NCBI GenBank assembly: GCA_032718475.1
Contig: JAUCBJ010007822.1
Location: 180,382 to 244,381, forward strand
Length of the DNA stretch: 64,000 bases
Origin: Nemertoderma westbladi
Taxonomy: Eukaryota > Animalia > Xenacoelomorpha
Direction: 5' to 3'
Part shown: positions 38,411 through 50,721 of the stretch, piece by piece
Numbering within the stretch: position 1 is the stretch's first letter
Layout: the number at the start of each line of letters is the position of its first letter
Position numbers and translations under genes: made by a program
The notes under the pieces: generated by a model
What the model was told of the DNA's origin: nothing
The model's input: only the letters and a program-made list of their open reading frames with translations
The model's database searches: none

Positions 38411-40480
38411 GTTTGTTTACAGTTGAATGCCTACGGCTATAAATACAGCTAAAGCAAGTCTAGTAATTCAGTATCACTGTTAGCCTAATAATTAATTACC
38501 GATACTGCTACTCAGTGTAGCGTGGTATATATATATATATAATATATTAGAATACCGGTATGCTTATAGTATATATAAGTATTATTACAGACTGGGTTTA
38601 TCACAGAATACCGGTATAATTTTAGCACAAATATATAAATATATAATAGGCCTATCGGGAATACCGGTATACAGCTTACAGTTTGTAGTATATATAATTC
38701 TGGAATAGAATTAATTACAAGTACCGGTATAATTTCAGCCTAGATTTATAGAAATAAAGATAATAGGCCTATCGTAAATACCGGTATATCAATTATTTTA
38801 AATAATTGAATTTCTGAATTTTAGGGTTACTTGGTTACTTTACTTACTTTATTACCGTTATTTGAGCAGTAGTCCAACTGATATTGAGACCTAATTGTTG
38901 TATGGTAGGCCTACTATTTATAAATCGTTAGATTTGATTTATAATATATATATATACCCATTTAATGGGTTTTGTCAATATTTGAAATAAATGTTATTAT
39001 TTCTGGGGAGTAATCACTACACAAAGCGGTGCGCTTTCAGTGAAGTGTTACTTATAGGACACTAAAACAAATAATGCTAATTTACCTAAGTTACTTAATA
39101 CTACAAATTACGTACGATTCGGGTTGAGATTACAATCTCTAAATAAACACAAAAATTTACAAAAAACACAAATACGAATTTTTAGGGTAATTTTACAAGA
39201 AGTCTACAAACCAGCCTAACAAAGGGTTAGAAATCTGGTTATTACAACGGACAGGGTACTACGGTATTTGAAAATAATAAGTAGTAGTGAATACACTGCG
39301 TTGTCCAGATAGGAAAATACCACCACCTGACGACCTATAGCCGTATCGCTATAGGTTCTACGTTATGTATCACGGAGTGTTCCTACCTAGAAGTTAATAG
39401 AGCTAATCGAACGTGCCTATCAACCACTTTACAACACAAATATAATGCCTACACTAATTACTTTCGGAAAGCACTGTACACTAAACCCTAAATTAGGTAC
39501 GAGTACTTGTACAACAGATAATCAGTAGTTAAATATACTTGAACAGCTAAAAGAACCACGGCATCTGCTGGAGTGACCGGTGCACAAAATCACCAGTCTT
39601 TACCTACGCCAAGCAGCCCGTGTAGTACCGGGGTTAGTTTAACTATAGCGGTATGTACAACAAACACAATTACTGTAGGAAAAAACTTTGGGGGATGAAT
39701 GTTGCGAATAATCGCATAAACTCTGAATAATAAATATTACGCTACGCGTACAAACTACTCAAACAAAATGCAGACCAAATACCGACAGACTACTATCAAG
39801 CCTAAACAAACTACGGTATATGCAGACTCCGAAATGATTAGGTAGTATGCGTTCTAACTCAGTAGTACGACTTATTCTTTAGATGGGGGTTTACCTTACA
39901 GCATTGGCTGCCCCTACTTCCTAACCGTTCTTTATCGGACAGGGGCTCTACACACACTACAATCCGTTCAGACCTAATAACAGCCAGACAACTATCCAGC
40001 CTACAAATTATCCAAATAAATATTATACGCTACCTGTACACTGTACAGACTACACAAACAAAGTACAGACTAAACGATGGCAGACTACTCTCAAGCCCAA
40101 ATAAACTACAGGACATGCAGACTCCGAAATGATTAGGTAGTATGCGTTCTAACCCAGTAGTACGACTTATTCTTTAATTGGGGGTTTACCTTACAGTTAT
40201 GGCTGCCCCTACTTCCTAACCGTTCTTTATCGGACATACACTCTACACACACTACAGTCCTTCAGACTTAACAACAGTCAGACAACAGCTCAGCCTACAA
40301 ATTGTCTGTACAATCTGATCAGGCTTATACGCCTTCTGCTCAATATTGGCCTACAAACAAATAAAACCGACAGAAACAAGTAAAATCTCAATAAAAACCA
40401 GGGCGGCCGTTCCCTGATTGAGTACTAAGACCTACCAGTATATAACTATCAAATCGAATAATACTAATGTACTTATACTG

Positions 40481-40640
40481 GAAGTACCGGTTAGGACAGT
40501 TGGGCCTACTGACCTACAGAAGTACCGGTTCTGGCAGTTGGGCCTACTGACCTACAGAAGTACCGGTTCTGGCAGTTGGGCCTACTAACCTACAGAAGTA
40601 CCGGTTCTGGCAGTTGGGCCTACTGACCTACAGAAGTACC
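40481..40640. repeat. 38-bp tandem repeat, ~4 copies, in the A2 leader
   Basis: gaagtaccggttctggcagttgggcctactgacctaca repeated head to tail; not expanded in A1. Confidence 0.9.
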
Positions 40641-40700
40641 AGTTCAGGTTTACCGGTCAACCGGTACTTTCAACTTTATTGCTTACTGCAATAAAGAAGC

Positions 40701-40712
40701 TATATCCGTTAT
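40701..40712 (-). promoter_or_regulatory. A2 PBS position (ATAACGGATATA), complementary to the LTR segment at 41452-41463
   Basis: 12-nt exact self-complementarity. Confidence 0.75.
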
Positions 40713-41970
40713 TGTTCGCGCTTTCAGACCTTTGGCAGTTTAACCCGCCAAATTAGGATGTCTTCTAGATAATAAATCGCTTTAGCCTCTAACAAGTATT
40801 TGATTCACTACACTAGTTGAAACCAATCTGTGCGCGATCATTCACCCGTTGGATATACCCGGGAGATTGACTTCGACGGCTTAATCGTATTGCTATGTAA
40901 GCCTAATGTATTATTCGACTGACAGTATTATATAATCTCTGACAATATTATTCACCTTCGGGGAATATTAACAGTTCCTTTAGGACGTGGCGCTCTATCT
41001 ATATAAACAGAGTTATGACTTAAACTACTCACAACGATATGGCTTAGTTACAATTCACATATATGGCGCATTCTTTAGGAAATGCTTCGTTATCAGTCTC
41101 ACTCATACACAATGCTGCACAATACTGCACACTGATCTGCCGATCTTCACTGATTTTAGTCACATATAAAAGGAACACAGACCGAATCATGTAGGGTCTA
41201 TCAAATAACATTAGATTTACTTCAAACCACTTTAACATAAGTCACAATCGTTATATGTAACCTCTCTCTCTTACCTTCGGTATATCAAGAATATTGGGTT
41301 TTCGGGGTTATTTCTTGTTATTCCAAATATAATAATTCATCAACCATATTATGAAGAACCGACAGTAAATAGCAGTATAACAATATAAAAGTATGCACAG
41401 GTTGTTTGATTAGGTATGGTGTGTTATGTTATGGTATGCAGGATTGAATTGATAACGGATATATGTCCTTATAATTAAGCCTACTAGTGTAAGGCTAAAG
41501 CAGAAAAGCACAAAAATACTCCAAAGCCGTTCTTCCTGGCTTAGAATAACCAACACTGAACACTGATAAGAATAACTATAAGAATACCAGCTACCCTTAT
41601 TCTACAAAGATCTCACCCACCACAGAGAATGAGCATACAGATAGGAAATTCAGTTCAGTAGATCTGTGATAGGTCAAAATCAAAACCAACTCAAATCCTA
41701 TTGGCAGATACAGAAAGCAGGGCTATGGGGCAACGTGGCAATATCAGCCGTTAGCCGTCGTCATGGTAGCGACACTGTTTTCAAGAGTATCGAGCTTTTT
41801 ACGTCACGAAATTGCAGATTATGTCCTCTAAAGTACAAATACAGAAGAAATGGCTTTTATGTCCTCCAAAACACCAGTACAGCAAGGACACGGCCTTTTT
41901 ATGCCTGGTAAACCAACCACAGAGTACTTTACGGGGATAATAACCGGCTAATTACGCAAAAGCTTTTACA
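40713..41970 (-). repeat. A2 5' LTR
   Basis: Direct repeat of 29592-30849. Confidence 0.95.
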
Positions 41971-41975
41971 ACAGT

Positions 41976-42689
41976 GGATTCCGAGTAGTGCGCGAGTATC
42001 TATTGCAAATTCACCCGGATAACAAAAACACGTGGAATTTTCAGAAAGTCGTTAATCGCATTACGTATGGTGAATTCGATCGTTTCCGAACTGAAAAGCG
42101 GAATAAAGGAGCTTGGTTAACCGTCGCATGGGCGTACCGAGCCGCGTTTTACCACAAACGTATACGAGCGAGCGTATTCGAGGAAGAGGAGGTCCTAGAG
42201 GCGACAAATATACCAGCCACTCCGGTTGCGCCGTCTGCACGTCACCCTCGGGAGGACGGACAGGGTAGGATCATACGGGTCCAGAAAGTGGGCCAACAAT
42301 TAAAGAAGTCTATTAATATAGAAGAACGCAAGGGAGCTGAGCCGACTATTCGAATTACTCGGGATACGATATCGCTTCCTAGAGAACTAACAGGAGGATC
42401 GGGACACACACCAGCTAATCAAAAGGGGGCGCAAGCTACTCTTGGGTCTGCGTCGTCCGCTTCCCGCGCGTTCCCAGACGTTCTACCAACTGTAGTGACA
42501 ACTGATCGGTCACGAGGAATCGGTCGAGGTTTTGGGATGCCAAATAGACGAATTTGCGAGGAAATAGTCGCACCGTCTCTCAACGTCCAAGCGAAACCAG
42601 TGACTCGCCCCACGAGTCCTATATCGCGAGCAAAGTCACCTGTGCGCAGTTTTCGAGGACGCGGCAGGGCTCGATCAACTAAGCGATAA
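41976..42689 (+). pseudogene. B extra 3' ORF, C-part (basic, low-complexity tail)
   Basis: PHDS|GFRVVREYLL reads through once A2 and one TSD copy are removed; ends RSFRGRGRARSTKR. Confidence 0.75.
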
Positions 42690-43458
42690 AAGGGAGGGCA
42701 AGGGTAGACGGAAGACTCGTGAGCCTTTCTTGTGAATTTGTGATTTATTTGAATTATATGTTTTATATTTAGTAAGTTTTGTATTCTGGAAAACTCATAT
42801 TTAGTAAGAATTATATTTAGTAAGAATTATATTTTGTATTTGTAATTATTCCGAACTTATGCAATTTATATTGTTCCGAATACTATGCAATTTATATCTT
42901 ATAAGCAGTATTTGTATTTACAGTGAAATAGAAAGTAAGAGTAGATGGAAGACTCGTGGGCCTTTCTTATAGTTTCATTTGTAAAGCGTTATATTTTGTA
43001 TTTAGAAAGTTTTATAGTTAGAAAGTTTTGTGCTTAAAAAGACTCATTTTGTAATTATTCCGAACTTATGCAATCTACATTTAGGCACGAAAGTATTTGT
43101 AATTATTTGAATTTATGCAATATTTGAGATGCAATAGTAGATGGAAGACTCGCGAGCCTTTCTTATGATTTTCATTTATTTGTATTTGTAATTGTTTGAA
43201 TTTATGCAATATTGAGATGCAATAGATTTATATTGGTGAATTTAATTTAGATTTATATTGTACTTACTTAGTAAAGCCTTAAATATGTAAAGTTTGAATT
43301 TGTAATTATTTTGTATCGAATCATTATGTAGAAAGGAAGTATTGTGTGAAATTTAATTTGTAAATATGTAAGTACGCCCTAAGTATTCTATAGTTTGATT
43401 GATTATTGGTGAAAACCGTATATTTTATGCACGATAATATCCTGTTTTCATGGAGCGG

Positions 43459-45360
43459 TATAGAATTATATTCCCTAAATGCCGTGGATTTTCAAAATTT
43501 TATTTTTATTCGAATTAACTTTGCTAAAAGATTACTTTGAGTCCTCATTTGTATTTGTTCTATCATTTGTACGCCTATTGGTTAAGTGGTTCAGTAGCTC
43601 AGTCGGTAGAGCGTTGGAAATTATATGTGTAGTAGGTATTGAGTTCGAATCCTAGTAAGTGCGAATTATTTTTTGTGCAGAATTTCAACTCATTTAAATT
43701 GACCGCTACAAATTAAATTGCATTTGTCTGTACCAATGAGACTGTGGTTATTTGATTGTAACCAATGTCGTGCGAGTTATATATTTGCTGGACCAATAAC
43801 TATCTTTAAAAACCTGTTAGAACCTATAGAACAATCGAGAATTTTCTCGATTGATTGCAGCACAAATTTGCTATATAAAGGTGCGATTTGTTCATTAGTT
43901 ATTCTATCGTATATTCAATTGCTGATCTATCTTAACTTTCTGTCTTATTTCAGATTACATTGTTTGTTGTATAATAATTATTATTTGATTTTGTAATAAA
44001 AGTTAGAAATACTAGTCACATCTGCCCTTTTCCTATCTGTTTTACTATGCTTCACCACGGTGAACCCAGCTAAGGGACAGGATGGCCGGCTAGAGATCGG
44101 GCCGCAGCAATGAACGGGAACATCAGGGGAATGTAGACAAGAGACAACCCGCAATACCATCTTGAGTTATTCGCCCATCGCCTGAAAGGTTAGACAGCGT
44201 TCGACGCCTTGCTACCTAAGCGTAAGACCAAAGATCAAAAGGTAGAAGTAGTGACACGCTGTAAGCCTAAAATTACATCTTAGGGACTATACTGTTTTAA
44301 TTCAGGAAAAAACCGCAGTAGACCTTCATATTCCTACGGGGGAGGAGGGAGAGAGCAGGCAGAGATACTAGTACGCAGATAGGACGTGGGCACACCGGTA
44401 CGAAGCATACACATTGGTAGGGTGCAGCAAACTGTACGCCTAACTCTTGCTTAGTGCAGGTGCGTTTGCGACTATTTGTAGTACAACGGTGTCCATTGCA
44501 TCAGAACTTGTAGGCTAGGAGGGTTGCTGTGTTTCACCTGAATTAGGATTGTACCGTTCAGGCGGTAGGGCAGTTTACGACTAGGCGCAAATAAATTGAG
44601 GCTATTAGGGATATACTAACATCTACCGTGTCCCCGCCAACGTCCTGATAGGAAGTTACCCAGCCTACCTAGGTGACTAAAATTCTAGATAAGAGCCAGG
44701 ATAGCTATTAGTAACTGTACGCCTACAGTAGTAAACTAACACATCTCTTCTTAGTATTAGGGACCTGGTACCTAAAATTGCCGAATTCTGGGCGTAGCAT
44801 TAACTTTATGCCTGAATTTGAGTCCTGGAAATACGCAAGAGGGGAAGGAACCTTATTATTCGTGAGTATTGGACCTACAAGTTACAAAATTAGAATATTT
44901 GTAAAATGCACACCGTACCCAGTAATTATATATGTGAAGGAGCAAAACTGCTTTGACCGTTCAGAATTAACACACGCGCGTTAGAAATTATTTACACCTC
45001 AAAATATATAAAATTAACTTTTGTCCGTACTGTGCTTTGCCCGCTAGTTAGACATCTCTGCCTCTGTACCTAGCTAGCGTCCCTTTCGCCCAACCATATA
45101 AATCACACCGCGGTAAAGTATACGAGCCCCTTAGTCCGTCAGTGAGTCAGCCTGATTTTAGGATTTGCTGCGCGGGATTTTGTTTTATCGAAGTTTGTCT
45201 GCTCGTAGACTGTTTTCTGCCTCACCGGTTATAAGAGATCGATACTGCAATATATTCGCTTACTTAGAGTTTACTGTTTTGGTGAGAAGGTCGGATTTAT
45301 GATTTGATTCACAAACTTTACAGTAGGATATTGCAGGTATTGTTACTGTCTCTTCCAATA
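43459..45360 (+). repeat. B 3' LTR
   Basis: Direct repeat of 16538-18439, preceded by tggagcgg. Confidence 0.93.
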
Positions 45361-45365
45361 TATTA

Positions 45366-45982
45366 TATTGGAATAACGAGAAATAACCCCGAAACCCCAA
45401 TATTCTTGATATACCGAAGGTAAGAGAGAAAGGTTACATATAACGATTGTGACTTATGTTAAAGTGGTTTGAAGTGAATCTAATGTTATTTGATAGACCC
45501 TACATGAGTCGGTCCGTGTTCCTTTTATATGTGACTAAAATCAGTGAAGATCGGCAGATCAGTGTGCAGTATTGTGCAGCATTGTGTATGAGTGAGACTG
45601 ATAACGAAGCATTTCCTAAAGAATGCGCCATATATGTGAATTGTAACTAAGCCATATCGTTGCGTGTAGTTTAAGTCATAGCTCTGTTTATATAGATAGA
45701 GCGCCACGTCCAAAAGGAACTGTTAATATTCCCCGAAGGTGAATAATATTGTCAGAGATTATATAATACTGTCAGTCGAATAATACATTAGGCTTACATA
45801 GCAATACGATTAAGCTGTCGAAATCAATCTCCCGGGTATATCCAACGGGTGAATGATCGCGCACAGATTGGTTTCAACTAGTGTAGTGAATCAAATACTT
45901 GTCAGAGGCTAAAAGCGATTTAGTATCTAGAAGACATCCTAATTTGGCGGGTTAAACTGCCAAAGGTCTGAAAGCGCGAACA
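45366..45982 (+). repeat. A1 3' LTR, right part
   Basis: Matches 5692-6308; ends gcgcgaaca followed by TSD ATTAT. Confidence 0.95.
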
Positions 45983-46162
45983 ATTATCCTATTATTATCT
46001 ATCAATTCTACAGTAGAAAGTTAGTCAGCGCCCAGCCTTGCAGCATCAGTAATATTTACGGTTTTAATGTAGGCTATATAGCAGTATAGAGGGCCTCTAA
46101 ATCAGCTTGTATTATCTTATATGGGAGGTAACATAAGGTATATATTATTACAACAAACAAAT

Positions 46163-47354
46163 TGTTCGCGCTTTTAGACCTTTAGCAGTTTAACCTGCCA
46201 ATTTTAATTGTCTTTTTGTATATCAATTATTTAATGTACTGAATTTACATCAGCCGAAGCCAGCCTGTGCGCGACCATTCACCCACAGTTAAGGGAGACT
46301 GGATTCGGATGCTTTGATAGTGATTGCGGTGTAGACCTACTGTATTATTCGATTGATCGTTAATATATAATCTCTGACAATATATTTACTTTCGGGGAAA
46401 TATTAACAGTTCCTTTAGGATGTGGCGCTTTAAGTATAAAACAGAGTTATGACTTATACTAATCACAACTGGATGGCTACTGAGTTTCGTAAAAAGCGCA
46501 TTCTTTAGGAGGTGCTTTATTAACCTTCACACTACTTCACACGACTTCACACTACTTCACACTACTTCGCACTGATCTGCCGACCGTCACTGAATTTGAT
46601 CATATATAAGGAGGATCGCAACTGACACATGTAGGGATTATGAAATAGCATTTGATTCACACAAAAACCACTATAATGTAAGTCACAGTTGCTACCGGTA
46701 AACCTGTTCCTCTAACCTTCAGTAATCAAGAAGATTGGGGTTTTATGATTATTCATCGGTATTCTCCAAATATATCAGCAATATACACCAACATAACAAT
46801 TAATAACAGAAGTAAATAATGCAGTGAACAGTCAGTATGTGTTACTGATGCAGTGTTCCATGTGCAGCCAAGTTGACTTGCGGTGTGATGCGGTGTGTTG
46901 CGTAGTTGAATTGCGTTGCGTTAATAGTTTTACGTTCTTGTAATCAAAGCCATCTGATGTTTCTGATGTTTAGGTCAAAGTCTGAAACTTCTACAGAAGT
47001 ACAGAAGAATTTCTAAGCCGATGTTCCGAGGCTCAGAAAAGGTAAACAAAAACCGTAATGCATTGCGCGGTTTTCCGTAGGCCTCTGTACAAGATAAAAT
47101 GAAAATCGCTCTGATTGGCTGAGCGAGCTGAACAAAGAGATGTTCCTCGTTTACAGTAAATCAGCTGACAGATTTCGTCATCTGAGTTCCAGTCTTTTAG
47201 AGTATTAAGCGCATTGCGGCAGAAAATGGCTTGTTATGTCCGCTAAAACACCCACACGGTACATTGCGGAGAAAATGGCTTGTTATGTCCGCTAAAACAC
47301 CTACACGGTATATTGCGGAGAAAATGACTGGTTATATCCGCAAAAGCTTTTACA
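46163..47354 (-). repeat. C 3' LTR (1192 bp)
   Basis: tgtaaaagctttt...gcgcgaaca termini; diverged interior. Confidence 0.85.
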
Positions 47355-47432
47355 CCGCTCCCAGAAAATGGGATTTAATTCTATAAAATATAAAAAATCA
47401 CAGTTTCTAAAATATAAAAATATTCTAAACAA

Positions 47433-48985
47433 TTAGTCCTTCTTACGCGAACGGCGTTTACGCAGTTTTTTGAGGCTAGCAAGAGTCCTTTTCTCTTTGG
47501 GGCGAGCCACTTTACTAGGAGGGCTGTAACTCCTGGGTGAAGGGTGCAATACAATTGCATCGGAAGGTTTAGGGTTACGGTCGGTGTATCCGCCGGTCGA
47601 GGTACCCGGTTGATCAGTATCAACCTCAGTGGAATGAGGTCGAACAACCTTGAGAGCGCGTTTTAAGACAGGAGCTCTTACTGGTCCCTGATGGGTCGTT
47701 TGCACGAGAGCGGTAGGTGGACCGTGTGTAGTGAGAAATTTCCTCGGTTTGATGGTTCTTTCCAATTCGCGTTCTCGGGCTCTATCGGAATCGATATGCT
47801 TCTCCTCGAGCTGATTTTCCTCCGCTTATCGTTGGAAGCATTCGTCCAAAACTCTTGCAAAGAGTAGGGTCGTCCAAGTTCGATATCTTCTTAGAGATTC
47901 TGGATTTCCCGATCGAACTGGGGTAAGGCCAATTCCTTTACCGCTTGGACTTGCTGCTGCAATTTACGTTTCTCTAAACAATTGTAGGTTCCTTTTCCGA
48001 TCTTTTGTCGAATAGTGTCTAACGCGTTTTGTTCAACTCTCTCCTCCACCTCGGTGACAGGTTGTATCGGGGTTAGATCGGGACGATTATACGGGTTGAA
48101 CGGCGATATTAGGTGTCCGCGTCCCAATCCGGCTATGTAAGATGGCGAATATCTAGGGAGCCCACAACTGGAGTGCCACCGACTAATTGTTCGGGTAACA
48201 CTAGATCTTTGAACAGTGAGTACAGTTCGGGAGGATCCATGATACTATTAGGATCAAGAGTCTGAGGTCTCACTAGGGAGTGAGGAGGCCTGACCGAGTA
48301 TTCCGGAACTCTGATCATAGGTTTATTTAAGGATCGTTTGAGTCGAGCGAGCGTAGGTGATACGTCGAACAAGTTTCGCTCGAAACTCCCGTAAATATAG
48401 CGAGTAAAACTGTGTTTAGCGCAACGTCTCCGCGGATGTTTATGTCTTTCCGTGTGTTGGTTGGGTATAGGGCATTCATTGTAATAATACCAAAGACGCA
48501 CGTCTTGTAGGGGAAACGCGGGTGATCTTTCTCCAGTTTTACAATGTCTCTCTCAAGAATTCCAAATATACGTTGAAGTCACTGTGTTTATCCGGTTCTT
48601 TAACGTTTTCTCTTTCGAGTTGGTTTCGAATAGAATTTTCGTGTTCGATTCTCAGTTTGTCATTCCGACTCCGCTGGGTATGATATTTAAATAGGATCAT
48701 TTCCCTTTCGGTGTCTACATTGTCCATATCGTGTAAATCGATAGGATGGCCAGTAGTTAAGAAGTCTATATACGTACCATTACGATGCGTATAGCGAGCG
48801 GTGAATTTTCTATAGTCCAATTCACGCGTGAGCTGTTCCTTTGATATTGGCGGTTCAATATAACGGCCATCGTCCTCCGTAGTGGGTGGACTAGCATCGC
48901 CGTGTATTAAACTATCAACAAACGCTTGCAATGGTAGGGTATATCGCTCCCTGATACCAAGATCATCTTCTATCAACTCAGTCAT
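47433..48985 (-). pseudogene. C 3' accessory ORF, least degraded copy
   Basis: Consecutive ORF pieces 48985-48539, 48501-48133, 48127-47891, 47860-47678 and 47765-47433. Confidence 0.55.
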
Positions 48986-50721
48986 AGCTGCTATATGAGT
49001 TTATCGATATTATAATTACTTATAATTTAGGCTAGCGGTCGTTGCTGCCTCCCCCTCAATGCCCCCGGACAGCGCAAGCTCCTCAGCGCTAATGTACTGT
49101 CGCCGCTGTGTCTTTCGCCAACATAGTAGCTACACAACGACAACAACAACCAGCGCGAGTCACTCCACTGTCCGTCCCAAGGGCTTAGAATTACTTCAGG
49201 TTCTTGCTACAGAGGCAGGGTAACTTTCACAACTGCGACTCGCTACTGTAAACACACTTTAGTAGTAACATTCACCTATAAATACACAAATTCCACGCAC
49301 TTGTCACAAATTGTACACATTCGGGCCATTTGTCCGTTAGTCAAGTGCCTTCCAGAATGCCATGTTATTATTATGTATCCCTGGATACTAGCAGGGTGCT
49401 ATTTATTCCGTATGCTATTCAATGGGGCAAGCTTTCTATTGTTCTTTAACTCGCTTCTAATTCTAGCGTGGTTGTTGCTATGGTGACATTATGGAAAGCT
49501 AGCAGTAGAATTAGGGTAATTCGCATGCATACAGATCTGGGATGCTATTTAATAGTAATTCTTTAATTGTCAATATTCCCCTTTATACATGATTTTATGA
49601 ATTTTATCGGCTATTGACTATATCTTGGAGATTCTCTCACACTAATATACTTAATAGGGTGAATCTCCGCTCCCACGATCTATTAATTAATGGAATTTTG
49701 GGAATGTTATAAATTGTATAAAATGACAATTTATCAGATTCATGAGAGGATGTAAATTTAAAATTTATTCCCGTGAATTTTATTATTTAATATTAAAATA
49801 GACACAATTTTATTCCAGAACATGTCTGGGGACTAGGATCCTTAATTCTAGGAAATTTGTCCTTTTAAGAGTATCGGTAAGTGCTACGATATCTTAATCG
49901 ACTAAAATTTTTAAAGGATCGGAATTTTAACAGATTTTGGATTTCTAGATTTTCTTGGTTTACAAACTCCTTAGAGTTTATTTGTATGTATTTACTCTAT
50001 TATAACATTTGTTTTAATAGATTTTTATAAATATTAAATAATTAATATTTAAGATGGGCACCGATTTATTCCAGAACTTGTCTGGGGACGTTAACCATAA
50101 CCACTGATTCTAGAATTTTGTCTTTCAAGTATATCGGTGGGTGCCGCGATATCTTAATCGACTAGAATTACAGATGGTCAAAGGGTTTAACAGATTTATT
50201 TTGCGTTTCACGGTACTGTTAAAGGGACATCACACTACTATATGTATTATTTAATATATGGTATGAGAGCAATATTGCAAGAAGCAATGTCAGTGAGAAG
50301 AGGCAAGTCGTTTCCAAGGTCTACCCAGAGCTTGGTTTAGCCGAGACACGAGGATCTGAACTTTGCATTCCTAATACTCTACTTAGCAATAATACTTGAG
50401 TATAGTAGGAGCTTTATTGTACTTTAATAAGTACGGACATTTCATCTTACTGTAGTCACGTATTTATAATATGATACGGACAGTAAGGAAAGAGAAAAAA
50501 GAATTATTTCTCGCCATTGCACTAAATATATAATATTAAGTAATTAAGTAATAAACACGAATATATTTTGCACTAATCTACTAAATAATCACTAAAATAA
50601 CATTCTACTAAATAAAATTAAAGAAACGATTATAATAAAATTACATAATAATACATACATAAATATAAAATAATAAAAGCAAATATAAAATAATATAGTC
50701 ACACACCCACTCCAGACGCTG

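Larger units (their letters stand above)
29592..41970 (-). mobile_element. LTR retrotransposon A2 (A family, non-autonomous)
   Basis: 1258-bp TG..CA LTRs. TSD ACAGT at 29587-29591 and 41971-41975. Confidence 0.95.
16538..45360 (+). mobile_element. BEL/Pao LTR retrotransposon B, near full length; contains nested A2
   Basis: 1902-bp LTRs. TSD TATTA at 16533-16537 and 45361-45365. Gag-PR-RT-RH-IN order with BEL motifs. Confidence 0.95.
5081..45982 (+). mobile_element. LTR retrotransposon A1, non-autonomous BEL/Pao (Gag-protease only); contains nested B and A2
   Basis: TG..CA LTRs. 5-bp TSD ATTAT at 5076-5080 and 45983-45987. BEL-type Gag zinc knuckles. Confidence 0.93.

Noticed and set aside
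40481-40640. 38-bp repeats as a CRISPR array
   Set aside because: Head-to-tail units with no unique spacers, no cas genes, eukaryotic context.
5081-45982. Repeated blocks as an assembly artefact
   Set aside because: Three distinct perfect TSDs, and exact restoration of the interrupted sequences, indicate real insertions.
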